Of a stretch of DNA of 64,000 nucleotides, positions 28,630 to 40,300 are shown one piece after another. The DNA is from a virus. The DNA lies in IMG/VR virus record IMGVR_UViG_3300045974_000102, positions 1 through 64,000 of that record. One strand, 5' to 3'. The stretch's first letter is position 1, and every line of letters begins with the position of its first letter. The position numbers and the translations under genes were made by a program. The notes beneath the pieces were generated by a model. The model saw nothing but the letters and a program-made list of their open reading frames with translations, had not been told where the DNA came from and did no database searches.

Positions 28630-30497
28630 TATATTAACTCCAGTTTATACTCATTACAGATAGATGTGAAGTATGGTATTAAGCTTGTATCTTCTACTGT
28701 CTTACATGAGTATTCAACACATATCTGTGTGTTACTTGGCATCTTTGGTAAAGCTGCAATGGATACAGAATTGTTGGAAATTGTTAATTGCTCTCTTATC
28801 TTTACAATAGGAAGATATGAAATGCTATATTTGTTATACGGATTAAATGCATGTTCATTTATTCTTACTGTATCATATGCCTCACCAGTGTTAATAGTAA
28901 AGTCTGCTGGAGTTAGATTACCAACTACATTTCCGCTAACGTCTATAGCCTGTATGAACATGTCTTGTTGAGAGCTTGAGACTGTTTTCTGCGGTAGATG
29001 AAATAGATTTGCTTCTCCAGATGGCACACCGATATATGGTTTAAAGTAAATATGCATTATACCACCGGATATTCTTTTCTCTGCCGGTATAGAAATAATA
29101 CTATGCTCTGCTTTAGGGCTTTGTATAATTTCATATGAATCATTTTTTAAAATGCTGCCATTAACCTGAACAACTATATTGCCGCTAGGTGATATTACAC
29201 TCTCATATGGTATATAGTATAGTGGAACTCTTGTTGAGCTATCTGTATAGGATGTATTAGTCGAGCTATATGGAATTGTTGTAAAGTCTATTACATAAGG
29301 ATTATGTTCTCCATAAGATATATGGTTCCCTACGTATGCAGCTACGTCTATTGGCTTAGCCTTCAGATAATATGAGCCTTGAGTATTTGCTATAATATAT
29401 TCACGTCTTATTGTTTTATTGATTATATTAGCTTTATTAATTTCTATTTTAACCCTTACCTCTGAAGAGACTGCACCAGTGCTTATATCATTATCAACTG
29501 CGTCTAGTGAAATTGTTTCTTGTTTTGCTATTGGTTTCCATTTCGTGCCATTGTTGTTTGAGATAAAGTATTTTATATTTTCTGTGCCTATATCTTTTGC
29601 ATCAATATATGCTGAGCTAATTTGCTTACCACTATTAAATGCAACTGAGACGTATTCGCCTTTTGGCTCATACTCTGTTTGTCTTATTGTAATTTCTCTT
29701 ATGCCAATACTATATCTATACTTTGCACCAAAGCTTGTGCCTACTGTAATATATGAGTCTTGTATAATTTTTACTCTAGCATATCTAATTTTCATTGGTG
29801 TAAAGCGAATATAATAGTCAGCCTTGTTTACCTCTATTGGCTTTTGCACGTCAATCCAAGTAATGCCATCCTGAGAAACTGAGACGTTTTCTATTGTCGC
29901 AAATCTTGTATCATTGTCTGCATACAGCCTTATATAAATACCGTTAGCAATGGCCTCTTCTGCGAGCTTAGTGACCCCTATAAAGCACAAGTTAGATAAA
30001 GACAGGGCATTACATATCTTCTCATATCTAAACAGCGCAGAGGAGCTTGTAGTGAGAACTGAAGTTATGTCATCATTTATCTTTACTGTTGACAGAAGGT
30101 CTCCTGGCGAGCCATTGCTGCCAGATTCTATGATAATTGAATTAGCTTGTAGAGTTATAGTATTTTTTATTGGTAATACTAAATCTCCATTCTGCAGATC
30201 AATGTTTAATGCTTTGTCTATAGGAAAAGCTGTGTCAACATATTGTTGTGATAGAAAGGATTCAACAACAACATTCTTATTTACAAATTTATATGGAGAG
30301 ATAGATTTAGCTAGACTATATACAGACAAGAATCTGTTAAGCACAATGTCTTCTGCTATAGATGATTTGCCATATAGTGTGCCAATCTTTTCAGATGCAC
30401 TTATAATGTTAGAGTGCACATTATTGTCTGCTGTGCTCAATACCAGTGTCTCTGTAAATATTGAATCTTGTGTTGGTATAGTTAATTTAGTTAACAT
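28629..30497 (-). CDS. Baseplate-associated structural protein (paralog 2) with discoidin-like domain
   Basis: VSVSQDGITW...RFTPMKIRYARVKI...IGIREI resembles an F5/8-type jelly-roll. Confidence 0.6.
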   Translation of the reverse strand: MLTKLTIPTQDSIFTETLVLSTADNNVHSNIISASEKIGTLYGKSSIAEDIVLNRFLSVYSLAKSISPYKFVNKNVVVESFLSQQYVDTAFPIDKALNIDLQNGDLVLPIKNTITLQANSIIIESGSNGSPGDLLSTVKINDDITSVLTTSSSALFRYEKICNALSLSNLCFIGVTKLAEEAIANGIYIRLYADNDTRFATIENVSVSQDGITWIDVQKPIEVNKADYYIRFTPMKIRYARVKIIQDSYITVGTSFGAKYRYSIGIREITIRQTEYEPKGEYVSVAFNSGKQISSAYIDAKDIGTENIKYFISNNNGTKWKPIAKQETISLDAVDNDISTGAVSSEVRVKIEINKANIINKTIRREYIIANTQGSYYLKAKPIDVAAYVGNHISYGEHNPYVIDFTTIPYSSTNTSYTDSSTRVPLYYIPYESVISPSGNIVVQVNGSILKNDSYEIIQSPKAEHSIISIPAEKRISGGIMHIYFKPYIGVPSGEANLFHLPQKTVSSSQQDMFIQAIDVSGNVVGNLTPADFTINTGEAYDTVRINEHAFNPYNKYSISYLPIVKIREQLTISNNSVSIAALPKMPSNTQICVEYSCKTVEDTSLIPYFTSICNEYKLELI

Positions 30498-30506
30498 ACG
30501 GTATCC

Positions 30507-32474
30507 TTAGCTGCAAAGTAGCTTATATTCAAATACAGATGGTGAAATATATTCAGGCTCAGCAGATCTTATCTCTATTGCACCCTGCACTGTTCCATAG
30601 AAGGACGTAAGTCTTCCATTAGATATATTTCTTAGTGCTATTTTATAGTCTCCGTTCATATCTGTGAAATATGTATAGTAGATATTTCCACCTGGTGAGA
30701 CATTCCATATTTTATTAGAGTCTGGACCGAAAGCTTCTGGATCTGATTTGAATGTTTCATTGATGCTATAGAGCTTAGGTAGATATTCAGCTAAATAGAC
30801 ACATTTCGGACTATAGTTGTCAAAGCTAAATGTGCCACTAGCTGCAGCATATGTCCAGCCAGAAGCTGGCACAGTAGAATTCCAAACCTTAACGCTGGTA
30901 TCTACAGGCATGCGTGGCATGAATACTGCTCTGCCAGAGTTTATATTTATTGGCTGTATGTATTCCAACACAGTCATATTTGAAACTCTTATGGCTCTTT
31001 CTTGTGGCATAATTGGAAGAAATATTGAATCGCCATTTGAAGTAAGTTTTATGTTATATTCTATAAATGATTTTTGATTAATACTTCTATTTGGTATAAA
31101 GTGTGTTTCATCTATTATTACTGAGCTTACATCTGCTACGATCATTTCTGTAAATGATATTGCGCCATGCTGTGCATATCGTCTTGATATAGCCTTTATG
31201 TCACTTATTTTATAATCAAATGCATGCACTAACTTACCACCAAATGACTTTATATAGCTATTAGGTTGGGTTAAAACAACACTATAGTCATCTACTGGAC
31301 TATTAGCAATTACAATTGACTCCGGATTGCCATAGAATATGTATGGAGCAATGAAGGGTGTATCGAAACTCTTTGCCTTTATTAAGTGATTTTGTGTTGT
31401 TGTTCCAAGTAGTAGAGGTGCACTTTCATATACTGATGGATATGTGCTAAGATCTGTATATGAAATATAAGATATGGGTTCCAGTTGATTGAACCTTGTT
31501 TTAACTGATAGTCTTGGTGGTAAGACATCAAGCATTTTTATATTTAGTTTCCAACTGTCTCCGAGTTTTATATCGGCATTAAGAGGGAATATAATACCGA
31601 GCCCTATGTCTATATCTCTTTCTATAAGTAAGCTAGTTGTTTGACCAAATATTACATTTATACTAGAGGAAAAATCATAATCATTTGTTGAACAAACTAT
31701 CTGCGCACCACTTGGCATTGCGTCTACATTCGATATAATAATCTGAATTGAATCAGCATAGTAGCCGAATATTGTTCCAGTTACTGCTGGTGATACATTT
31801 ACGTTTTTATTTGTAGATGGTATTGTCAAATATGATAATGGATATCCAGTCTTATTGCTTTGGTATCTATTTATAAAGTATCTAATAGCAGAAGAGCTAG
31901 ACTCGTTATATGATGTGTGAGTCGCAGCATCATCGTCATAGCATTGCATTGACATTGGTGGGTGAATATTTTCTGTTATAATTGGAAGTGATAAAAATGG
32001 ATATGCATTTAATATGTCTGCTGATGTGCCGCTTCTTGTATTAATTGGTGAGGCTTTTATGTCGATGTTTTTTGGATATAGGAAGTTGTTATAAAATACA
32101 AAAGAGAAAAATCTATTGTATTTCTTTGCATTTAATATATTTGTTAGGTCTTTATGTAAGTTAGAAATATATGAATATTTGTTTTTTGATATATCTCTCA
32201 ACTGCAGAAAGGTTATATAGTTAGCATACATAATAGTATATGCGGCATAGAAGTCCATATATGCTAATAGTAATACTCCGCTTATTTGTGCAGATGAAAA
32301 TTCAGATGAGCTTATGCTAAATAAATTAAGTAATGGATTAAATATACCGCCCTTATTAATATAGTCATTAAGCTTATTTTGTAAGGAATATGAGTTAATA
32401 GATATACTTTGCAGTATTACAGATAGTGCTTTCCTCTTAAGTGTATCTAAAGATGTTCTTGTGTCAATAGACAT
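30507..32474 (-). CDS. Baseplate-associated structural protein (paralog 1)
   Basis: 655 aa; same overall layout as the two downstream genes. Confidence 0.55.
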   Translation of the reverse strand: MSIDTRTSLDTLKRKALSVILQSISINSYSLQNKLNDYINKGGIFNPLLNLFSISSSEFSSAQISGVLLLAYMDFYAAYTIMYANYITFLQLRDISKNKYSYISNLHKDLTNILNAKKYNRFFSFVFYNNFLYPKNIDIKASPINTRSGTSADILNAYPFLSLPIITENIHPPMSMQCYDDDAATHTSYNESSSSAIRYFINRYQSNKTGYPLSYLTIPSTNKNVNVSPAVTGTIFGYYADSIQIIISNVDAMPSGAQIVCSTNDYDFSSSINVIFGQTTSLLIERDIDIGLGIIFPLNADIKLGDSWKLNIKMLDVLPPRLSVKTRFNQLEPISYISYTDLSTYPSVYESAPLLLGTTTQNHLIKAKSFDTPFIAPYIFYGNPESIVIANSPVDDYSVVLTQPNSYIKSFGGKLVHAFDYKISDIKAISRRYAQHGAISFTEMIVADVSSVIIDETHFIPNRSINQKSFIEYNIKLTSNGDSIFLPIMPQERAIRVSNMTVLEYIQPININSGRAVFMPRMPVDTSVKVWNSTVPASGWTYAAASGTFSFDNYSPKCVYLAEYLPKLYSINETFKSDPEAFGPDSNKIWNVSPGGNIYYTYFTDMNGDYKIALRNISNGRLTSFYGTVQGAIEIRSAEPEYISPSVFEYKLLCS

Positions 32475-33244
32475 TATTTACCCCAAGTCTTCCCGTCAAG
32501 TAAATAAGGCATTATATCAATACCTTTATTCGTTATACCATATTTGAAAAGTAAGTTTACAGGCATTAAGTTAAGATCTGTAGACTCAACAACAAAAACA
32601 TCCTCTAAGTATTCATATGTTAAATAGAATGCAGTAAACTCAGATTCATATACCTCTAAGTATCCTGTCTTACTGTCTAGATAAAATTGTTTAGGCACTT
32701 TAAGATCTGCTAGTGAATATACTCTTTCAAGACAAAGTCTTTCTGAGCTCTTCACAACAAATGTATCTGTAATAATATTACTATTATTAAGCATGGTAGA
32801 CTTCTTTGTAATCTTATTCAAGCCTACCTTTACATTTGTATTTCTTATCAGGTTTTTGCATGCAGTGTTTCTATGTAAGCCATCATATAGTGAATAAGAA
32901 AATTCTATACTATGATCAAGTATATCTAAGATCTTCCCTATAGTGGCTTCATCGTTATTGACATATATTCTTATGATCTCAGAGCTGCCTTCAATTGTAA
33001 AATATTCCCAGTCGAGAGTGCATCTAAATATATTTCCTGTTGATGATGTAATATTAAAAAGGTTATAAGTATTAAGTCCTGCCTGTGCTGGTATTGTATG
33101 AACTTGAGTATAGTAGTCTGTCTTATATTTGTATCTTCCTATTCTTTTAAGTCTGTCGACTAGGCTCTCATCTTCTTCGCCTGGCAGTCTATTGGCTCCG
33201 AGATATAGTGCTACCTCGTCTAGGTTATTCCAAATGTTTATCAT
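32474..33244 (-). CDS. Putative baseplate protein
   Basis: N-terminal LDEVALYLGANRLPGEEDESLVDRL resembles the wedge-type LD...G..R..GE.D..LR.R motif. Confidence 0.55.
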   Translation of the reverse strand: MINIWNNLDEVALYLGANRLPGEEDESLVDRLKRIGRYKYKTDYYTQVHTIPAQAGLNTYNLFNITSSTGNIFRCTLDWEYFTIEGSSEIIRIYVNNDEATIGKILDILDHSIEFSYSLYDGLHRNTACKNLIRNTNVKVGLNKITKKSTMLNNSNIITDTFVVKSSERLCLERVYSLADLKVPKQFYLDSKTGYLEVYESEFTAFYLTYEYLEDVFVVESTDLNLMPVNLLFKYGITNKGIDIMPYLLDGKTWGK

Positions 33245-34881
33245 AGTGTAGCCTTCTTAAGTGCAGTTATAGTATCTGATGTAACTATCATTCTATAGAC
33301 ATCATTATAAAAGAAAGTATCAAATATGTTGTGCAGCTTTATACCGTTAAATAAAACATTTCCTATTGATGATAGCTTGAACAGATAGTGCCTATCGCCA
33401 TGAAGCTTTAATCTACATTGAGTATATTGCCCAAATGAATTAGTGTCTGAAGGGTAAGTCCATCCTGAAGGCACATTAGGTGCGAATCCTACTAATGAAC
33501 TAATGTCTTTGATGTAGAATGGCTTCAGTTTAGTTCTGTCTAATTCTATCATGTAGTCAGAATCTTTCTCTCCAGAGACAATAAACCTAACAGTAGCAGT
33601 ATCTCTTCCATCTCCAAACAGATCTTTAAATGGTATATTAATCCTATTAGTTTCTATATTTTCTTTATAAAGGTTAAGTAGAATATCTGTCATGTAAGGT
33701 GCGCTATGACCATCAAGGCCCACTTCATTTACAATGATTGTCATTGTATCTATATCGTTATGTCTTGAAGTAGGATATACCCAAATACTAAATCGTTCAT
33801 TTAAGCAGTCTTCTTCATAATCAACTCTGATAGCTTGGAAAGAAGATTTATTAATGTCTAGCTCTGCTGCATAAGTCTTTGGAATTATTAGTGGGAAGCA
33901 ATAAAGTTTAAGTGTATCTGTTGTTATGTAGGCAAGTTTGTTAGCAGTATCTATAAAGTAGTTAGTTATAGTTTCATTTGCTTGGAGTGCAAGGTCTACA
34001 GTCTTGTAAAGATCTAGTGTCGGTGGATAAGTAACAGCATTATTTGCACTGATACTGATCTGTAGTTGTTTATATACGGTGTCAATTGATGCGAATGATC
34101 TGTAAAAGTCGCCCTCTACTTTATCTACAACTAAGTATTCCCATTGACCAACTTCTCCATTGATGTAAGGATAAAGAATTATTGAACAGTTTAGGTCTGT
34201 TCCAATTGATAGAATAGATGATATATAAGAAAACTCTGTATCTGTTTGCACATCTGCTACATTTAGTATATCAATTCTTTCTTCAACTTTCTTGTTTGAT
34301 ACGTCAAGGCCTTCTATTACAAGTGTGATATTATTAAACCCTTCTGATAGTGCTGAGGCATAAAATCCACCAGCTAGCCTAATAGTTACTGCTGTATTAG
34401 GGACAGCAAGACTCATGTTAAACTTAACGCGTGGGTGCATTTCTAGTAATACAGATCCAGGCAGTGATGTAAATTCAGTTAAGAATGCGTCACATGGAAA
34501 TGAGTGTCTGAAAAATTCATCTGCGGACTCAACTTGCTTCATAAGGTATTGTTTATTTGTATATTTTGAGAAGCCACTTACAGGAGTAGCAAAGATAATA
34601 TCATCAACTCTAGACTGGATAATCTCTGGCATAGCTGAAATAGAAAAGCCATTCACTCTATTAACTGTTATGAACTCAAGATTATTGAGTTTAAAGTTTG
34701 GAGCATATGGTATATCTTCAAGTATCTCATCATTGGAATCAATAAGACAGCTTAGAAGTCTAATCGTAGCTGATGAGTCATTGTTATATTTTATCTTATT
34801 AACTGTAGCAGCTAAGTATAAACTATAGGTAAACTTGTTTATATTCTTAGCAGTAGTTGCCTTTAATGGATACTTAAGCAT
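33241..34881 (-). CDS. Putative baseplate wedge protein
   Basis: 546 aa; directly downstream of the baseplate J-like gene and translationally coupled to it. Confidence 0.55.
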   Translation of the reverse strand: MLKYPLKATTAKNINKFTYSLYLAATVNKIKYNNDSSATIRLLSCLIDSNDEILEDIPYAPNFKLNNLEFITVNRVNGFSISAMPEIIQSRVDDIIFATPVSGFSKYTNKQYLMKQVESADEFFRHSFPCDAFLTEFTSLPGSVLLEMHPRVKFNMSLAVPNTAVTIRLAGGFYASALSEGFNNITLVIEGLDVSNKKVEERIDILNVADVQTDTEFSYISSILSIGTDLNCSIILYPYINGEVGQWEYLVVDKVEGDFYRSFASIDTVYKQLQISISANNAVTYPPTLDLYKTVDLALQANETITNYFIDTANKLAYITTDTLKLYCFPLIIPKTYAAELDINKSSFQAIRVDYEEDCLNERFSIWVYPTSRHNDIDTMTIIVNEVGLDGHSAPYMTDILLNLYKENIETNRINIPFKDLFGDGRDTATVRFIVSGEKDSDYMIELDRTKLKPFYIKDISSLVGFAPNVPSGWTYPSDTNSFGQYTQCRLKLHGDRHYLFKLSSIGNVLFNGIKLHNIFDTFFYNDVYRMIVTSDTITALKKATL

Positions 34882-36086
34882 TATTGTGTCACCGTTATGA
34901 TAACAGAGCTTTCTTTAGGCTCTATGATAAGTTTCTCATTTTTAGATAAATAGATTTTTTCATCAATCGTTGTTACACTATAAGGAACCTTACCTCTAAA
35001 ATCCATTGGGCCAACATACCCATTCACTAATGTCAAGTCGCATGATACTATGTCATAACTAGCGCTAGTAATATATTTAGCTATATCCTGTATATAAAAT
35101 TCTGTGCCAAAATAGTTATTTATATATGTAGATAACCTATCTGTAAGAAGAGTAGTTATTGTTGTAGACTGTTGCACATCATATGTCTGTCTTGTCTTAA
35201 CAGCAGCAACAATTTCTAGTCCTATATAATTAGGCTTTGTTACTGTATAGTTGACCCACGGTGGTATAACTGAATCGAGAACTGTTTGAGCTGCTGATAT
35301 TGTTGCGTCTGATGTTATAGGTGATATCCCTTGCACATAGAAGGTGCATGTGCCTCCACCATTTGAAGCATGATCTATATAGACTTCAGATATACCTGGT
35401 ATACTTGTGAGCATATCATAAAGTCCAAAATAGTTAGTCTTTGGAAATGCTTTTAAAGAATTAGAAATTCTGTATCTATAGTTCTCGTCTGTCTCGTCTG
35501 AGCGACCAGTTCCAATTACTGAAACGTTCGTAACTAATAATGAGTTAGATGCTGCTCCAACATATTCAGTAAAATTATGTGAAGTTAATGTATTCGCCTG
35601 GATGATTTCATTTGGACCAGATAGTAACTCTGCACCTATAAAGCATTCTGCGGCAGTAGTTAATAGTGTTACTTGTGCCTTTAATCTAAACCTAAATGTA
35701 TTAGTGCCACTTCCACCAGAGATAATTGTTCCCTCAGGAATAACTATATTATTTGGTGTTGAGCCTATTGTATTTATATCACCAAACTTACCATACTTTA
35801 CATAAAATTTTAATGTCTTCATGTCTTCTGTAATGAATGGGGTTACAGACTTTCTTCTTTTTGTGCCAAAGAAGTTTTCTCCTATGTAATTCAAATCTTT
35901 GCCTTGAGAGCTAATAATACTATTGCGCTTAGAGTAAAGATCAAGCTGGTTCTCAAGTTGCATCTGTTCGTATGCACATGACTGTGCAATCTGATATGCT
36001 TTAGATCCTGGCACTAAATTATAAAGTCCAGTTCTATCCTGCATTCTTGATACTATTCGACTAAGCTTATCATCTATTGTAGCCAT
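34881..36086 (-). CDS. Baseplate J-like wedge protein
   Basis: GKDLNYIGENFFGTKR, IVIPEGTII, GRSDETDENYRYRI and SIPGISEVYI are typical Baseplate_J motifs. Confidence 0.85.
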   Translation of the reverse strand: MATIDDKLSRIVSRMQDRTGLYNLVPGSKAYQIAQSCAYEQMQLENQLDLYSKRNSIISSQGKDLNYIGENFFGTKRRKSVTPFITEDMKTLKFYVKYGKFGDINTIGSTPNNIVIPEGTIISGGSGTNTFRFRLKAQVTLLTTAAECFIGAELLSGPNEIIQANTLTSHNFTEYVGAASNSLLVTNVSVIGTGRSDETDENYRYRISNSLKAFPKTNYFGLYDMLTSIPGISEVYIDHASNGGGTCTFYVQGISPITSDATISAAQTVLDSVIPPWVNYTVTKPNYIGLEIVAAVKTRQTYDVQQSTTITTLLTDRLSTYINNYFGTEFYIQDIAKYITSASYDIVSCDLTLVNGYVGPMDFRGKVPYSVTTIDEKIYLSKNEKLIIEPKESSVIITVTQ

Positions 36087-36092
36087 GTATAA

Positions 36093-36488
36093 TTACCTAT
36101 AAGATTGTTGGTTTTCGAGGTTGACAATTATTTGGAAGGTATCGCTTGTATCAATCTGATTTGTTTTAAATCGTAGTCCAACAAATAGTTTACCATTTGT
36201 TATAGAGCTCATTTTTATATCATAGTCTTGATTTGCGAAGAGATTGTTCAGTGTTAAAACTTTACGGATTTCGTATTCTACAGATGTGCGTGAGAATGCG
36301 CCTTGGCCCTGGATAAATCTTTCAATACCAGCAGCACAGTCATCTAGTAAGAAGTCGTCATATCTGCCAGATATGCGTCTCTCTGCTGTTTTCATTGTAG
36401 ACAATGAGTAAGACCTTTCAACTTCTATATCGCTACCAATAATGATATCGTCTGCATCGTCTGTTTTAAAGTCAGTTATTTGTAGCAT
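36093..36488 (-). CDS. gp25/gpW-like baseplate wedge (sheath initiator) candidate
   Basis: 131 aa immediately upstream of baseplate J; size and position fit. Confidence 0.5.
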   Translation of the reverse strand: MLQITDFKTDDADDIIIGSDIEVERSYSLSTMKTAERRISGRYDDFLLDDCAAGIERFIQGQGAFSRTSVEYEIRKVLTLNNLFANQDYDIKMSSITNGKLFVGLRFKTNQIDTSDTFQIIVNLENQQSYR

Positions 36489-36521
36489 ATTACAAGCTCC
36501 TTAAACAATTGTTAATAACTA

Positions 36522-36926
36522 TCATCCAAGTATAGCCTTTATCATTTTAGCTAGCCCAGATAAATGCTTAGCGAATGGTGGGTCACTATAGACCAAAACT
36601 GGTAGTGGCGTATAGACAGTTGATGGCAACCCAGTTAGTAGCTCATCATTAAATGTCCAGAAGGACGCGAACCTTGTATCTGATGGATAGTTAGTTATAT
36701 GCGTTTTACCATTTATAACCGTGCCTCTGTCATTGATAGAAAGTCCATTTGAGCCATTAGTAATTCCAACTTTATTTGGCGTAGTAAATACCTGTGCTAT
36801 GCCATCTCTACTCTTTAGTATCTTTTCGTCAACACTAAATCTTAAATGTTCACAGTCATAAGAGAATGCTGTAGCATCTAAAATATTTCCACTATTATCT
36901 GTAAGTTCTACATTTTCTATTCCCAT
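36522..36926 (-). CDS. Putative baseplate spike-associated protein
   Basis: 134 aa with short beta-repeats (VGITNGSNGLSINDRGTVING); position after the hub. Confidence 0.4.
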   Translation of the reverse strand: MGIENVELTDNSGNILDATAFSYDCEHLRFSVDEKILKSRDGIAQVFTTPNKVGITNGSNGLSINDRGTVINGKTHITNYPSDTRFASFWTFNDELLTGLPSTVYTPLPVLVYSDPPFAKHLSGLAKMIKAILG

Positions 36927-37300
36927 TATTGATCAAAGACCCCGCCTATATAGAAGTGATTAAGCGCATACATTTTTGGTGTTACTCCCATGTCATTAAC
37001 CTTTCCCATAATCTTAGCATTAAATCTTCCACCTGTATGCTGGACATATACTAGTTCACCAGCTTCATATTTATTGCCTGCCATATAGTCATGTTGTGAG
37101 CACGATATGATAGCCTCAACTGCTGGATTAAAAGTGCCTTCTCTTTCTAGCACAACAGTAAAAACACCATGACCATCATCTATACTTTTTATTATACCTC
37201 TACACTGCTGAGGAGTATTGGTTGTATCTGTTGTGCGATTAAGCATGTCAATGCCTAACTCACTTACATCATTAAATAATCCTGCTATATTACCAGACAT
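36926..37300 (-). CDS. Putative spike OB-fold protein (gp5/gpV N-terminal-like)
   Basis: RGIIKSIDD...YEAGELVYVQHTGG...KIMGKV resembles a spike OB-fold; follows the hub gene. Confidence 0.45.
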   Translation of the reverse strand: MSGNIAGLFNDVSELGIDMLNRTTDTTNTPQQCRGIIKSIDDGHGVFTVVLEREGTFNPAVEAIISCSQHDYMAGNKYEAGELVYVQHTGGRFNAKIMGKVNDMGVTPKMYALNHFYIGGVFDQ

Positions 37301-40300
37301 TATGCTTTCTCCTTACACCACTTAATTACAGCGTATCTCTTTTCTGCATAATTCTTCTCAACATCATAATTATGCTTTAGCTGCTTAGAGCTTTCGCCTT
37401 TAGGTATCGGATTGTTATCTGCATCAAAGCCTCTGCATTGCATACCATTATATCTCCAATAGCTTAGCTTATGGATAACCTCTCTCTTAGCCCAAGGATC
37501 TGTGCCTTTATATTCGCCCATATATCTTGTTTCTGCATCTATAGCTCTTTCTGCTATATGTTTTACACCAGCAAATATAACCCATTTTGCATACTTCACA
37601 TGATTATCACTTAAGTCTTCCCAGCTTCTTGGAAACGCAGGAGTCTTTGTTTTAATCCAATCTGCATCCTGAGCCATTTCACGAATAATCTTATCGACCC
37701 ACTCTTTACCATGAGAGCCATCTTGTCCAGCAGATAGTTGCATTAAGCCAATGTCGCTTGACTTAGCGTGTGCATTAAATGAACTTTCACACTCTATTGT
37801 TGTAGCTATCATTAATGGGTCTAGAAGTGGAGTTGTATTTTTATACTTATTAAAAGCTCCTAATACCCAACTGAACAATACTTCTGGTGTTGCTATATCT
37901 TGGTTCTTCTTGTTCATTTGCTCAAGCTTCCATTTAATATATTCAATCCCTTTACCTGGTGGCACAGCCTGTAGGTCAGCTAGTGATAGAGGTGTTCCAG
38001 GATATGCCTTTTTGAATTCTGATGGGCTCATGTCTGCCATAGCGCCTGGTAGTGGATTAACTACATTTCTATTTGGATTCTCAAGCTTAGATATTCCTGT
38101 CCAGTTGACTGAGGTGTAGTCACCTATCTGACGTAGTGTATTGTCAATTGTTTTCTTGTAGTCTGCTATAATTCCTTTACCAAACATGAATGCATCATTA
38201 TTTTTATAGCCTTCCATACCTTGCATTAGTAGTGAATTACGATACCATATAGGATGCACTATTATTGCATTATTCTTTGTGATAGACTTAATAGCCATGC
38301 TCTCAAACAACTGCGGTATCATCTCTATACAAGTAAGTAGTAAATATGCTATACCAGCTTTCATAGGAGCTGCATGGATGATTGTGCCAAATGGACTAAG
38401 GGCTAATCTTTCTCCAAAGCTTCTCTTCGCCATTGCAGTTATAGTTGCTCCAGCCTCAGCTTCTACAGCTGCGGCTACTGGTTTTGTGGTAAGCGCCTTA
38501 GCTAGGTCTGACATAAGATTTTTCTTCTTTAATAGATTACGCGCAACTGTTGATTCAGCCCCTGCTCCGAATGTTGCTTCTTCGAGAGCTTTCGCTATTT
38601 CTATTTCTGACATACCAAGTATTTCAGCACTTTCTTTCTTAAGTATCGTAGCTATCTGATCTATTAAACTCTTTCTGCTATGGGCTGCCCATTTCTCAGC
38701 GAGTGTAGTAGCAAAGCCTTTTACATTAGTTAGTATCTCTCTAGCCCTAAACTTAGCTCTTGCTGCGTTTCTGCTTAATACTCTTTGCTCAGCACTATAC
38801 ATCCTCTCTGACATTATAAATTCATCTGCACCTCTAAGCCAGTGCATTAGCCCGCCAAAGAAATAGCCAAACTCTCCAGCAGACACCATAGCATTAAAGC
38901 CCATTGCTTCTTTAGCTAACATAGGCACATATTCGTATTCACGTCTTTCCATAGCTGCAGTATCTGGATTTGCTTTTCTATTCTTTGCTTCATCACTACC
39001 TATGACCTGACTGATAAGAAATGCCCCACCTGCTATAAAGGCAAGTGCAGCTAATACCCAGACACCCATTGATCCTAGTGCGTATCCTCCTATTGCTTGT
39101 AGGACTCCTCCTACACCAATCGTGCCTATGTGTTCAAACATAATTCGTTTGAATACTTGTGCTGTGCTTAAATACGAGTCATGGTTGACTGAACATACTA
39201 GGTTAGGCACTATATGAGTTGTATAGCCCATCTCTGAGTCGAACTTATGTATAACAGTTTCTACTTCAACCCAGCCATACATCTTGTTTACTTTGTCAGC
39301 AATGTATATCTTATCATAAGGCTCTATTTTAGAATTGCCTCTAATAATAAGTGTGCCACCATATAATCTTTCAGCACCTTCTTTAAGTCTGCCAATAGCA
39401 TATTGATTAGCCACGTCTTCATTGTCTGTCCAGTTTATAGATTCGAACTTTTTAATTAGATATGTTGGATCTATATCTGCATCAATACAGAACTCAGTTA
39501 CCTTGTCTGAGTCTTCTACGTCCTTCTGGTTCTTAGCATACTGAACAGTTATATGATTCCACCCTCTGTCAGGTGTAGCCTTTATGCCATTGTGTATAAT
39601 ATCTTTAAATGACGATACCATATGGTGTTTCTGAAATGGAATAAATGGTGCTACTGCATTGAAGAATTTGGTGCCTTCAGCAAATTCACCATATCTATTA
39701 AGCTTTGGCCCTAAGTTCTTAATTGCTTCTCTAATGCCTTCAGCATACATATCTGTGCTTAGTAGTGACATTGAGGTTAAGGATGGAGCCATTGCTTGAA
39801 TAGGGTCATCTGTTCGGAAATAATTCCATTCTGCTGGACCTAAAAATAGAGTTGAGCGGTTTCCATAAGGTCTTACATCTAGTGCATAGTTAGGATAAAG
39901 GCGCTTAATGTTTTGTAACACATCCCATATAGTAGTCTTATTATTAATATTAAAGTTAACGCCATGCCATAACTTATTCCAAATGTCAGGAGCATAGATA
40001 TTGTCATCTATTGGATTGTTACCAGACTGGAATATCTTATAGAAGTGCTGTCCTATTTCAAGACTTGCCTTCTCATTATTATATAGGGCTCCAGCGAATG
40101 AGCATCCTATCTCACGGATACGTCCTGCAAGAACGCTTAGATAACCATGCTCACCTTGCTTGCCCCACCATTTATGCATAACTTCTTCTGTCCAGATGTC
40201 TGGCACATGTGTTAGTGGTTTATATAATGTTGCTATAGATGCACCTGCAGCAGTTAGAGCCATATATCTAAATAGTTGCTTAGGTCCGAGAAAGGCCGCT

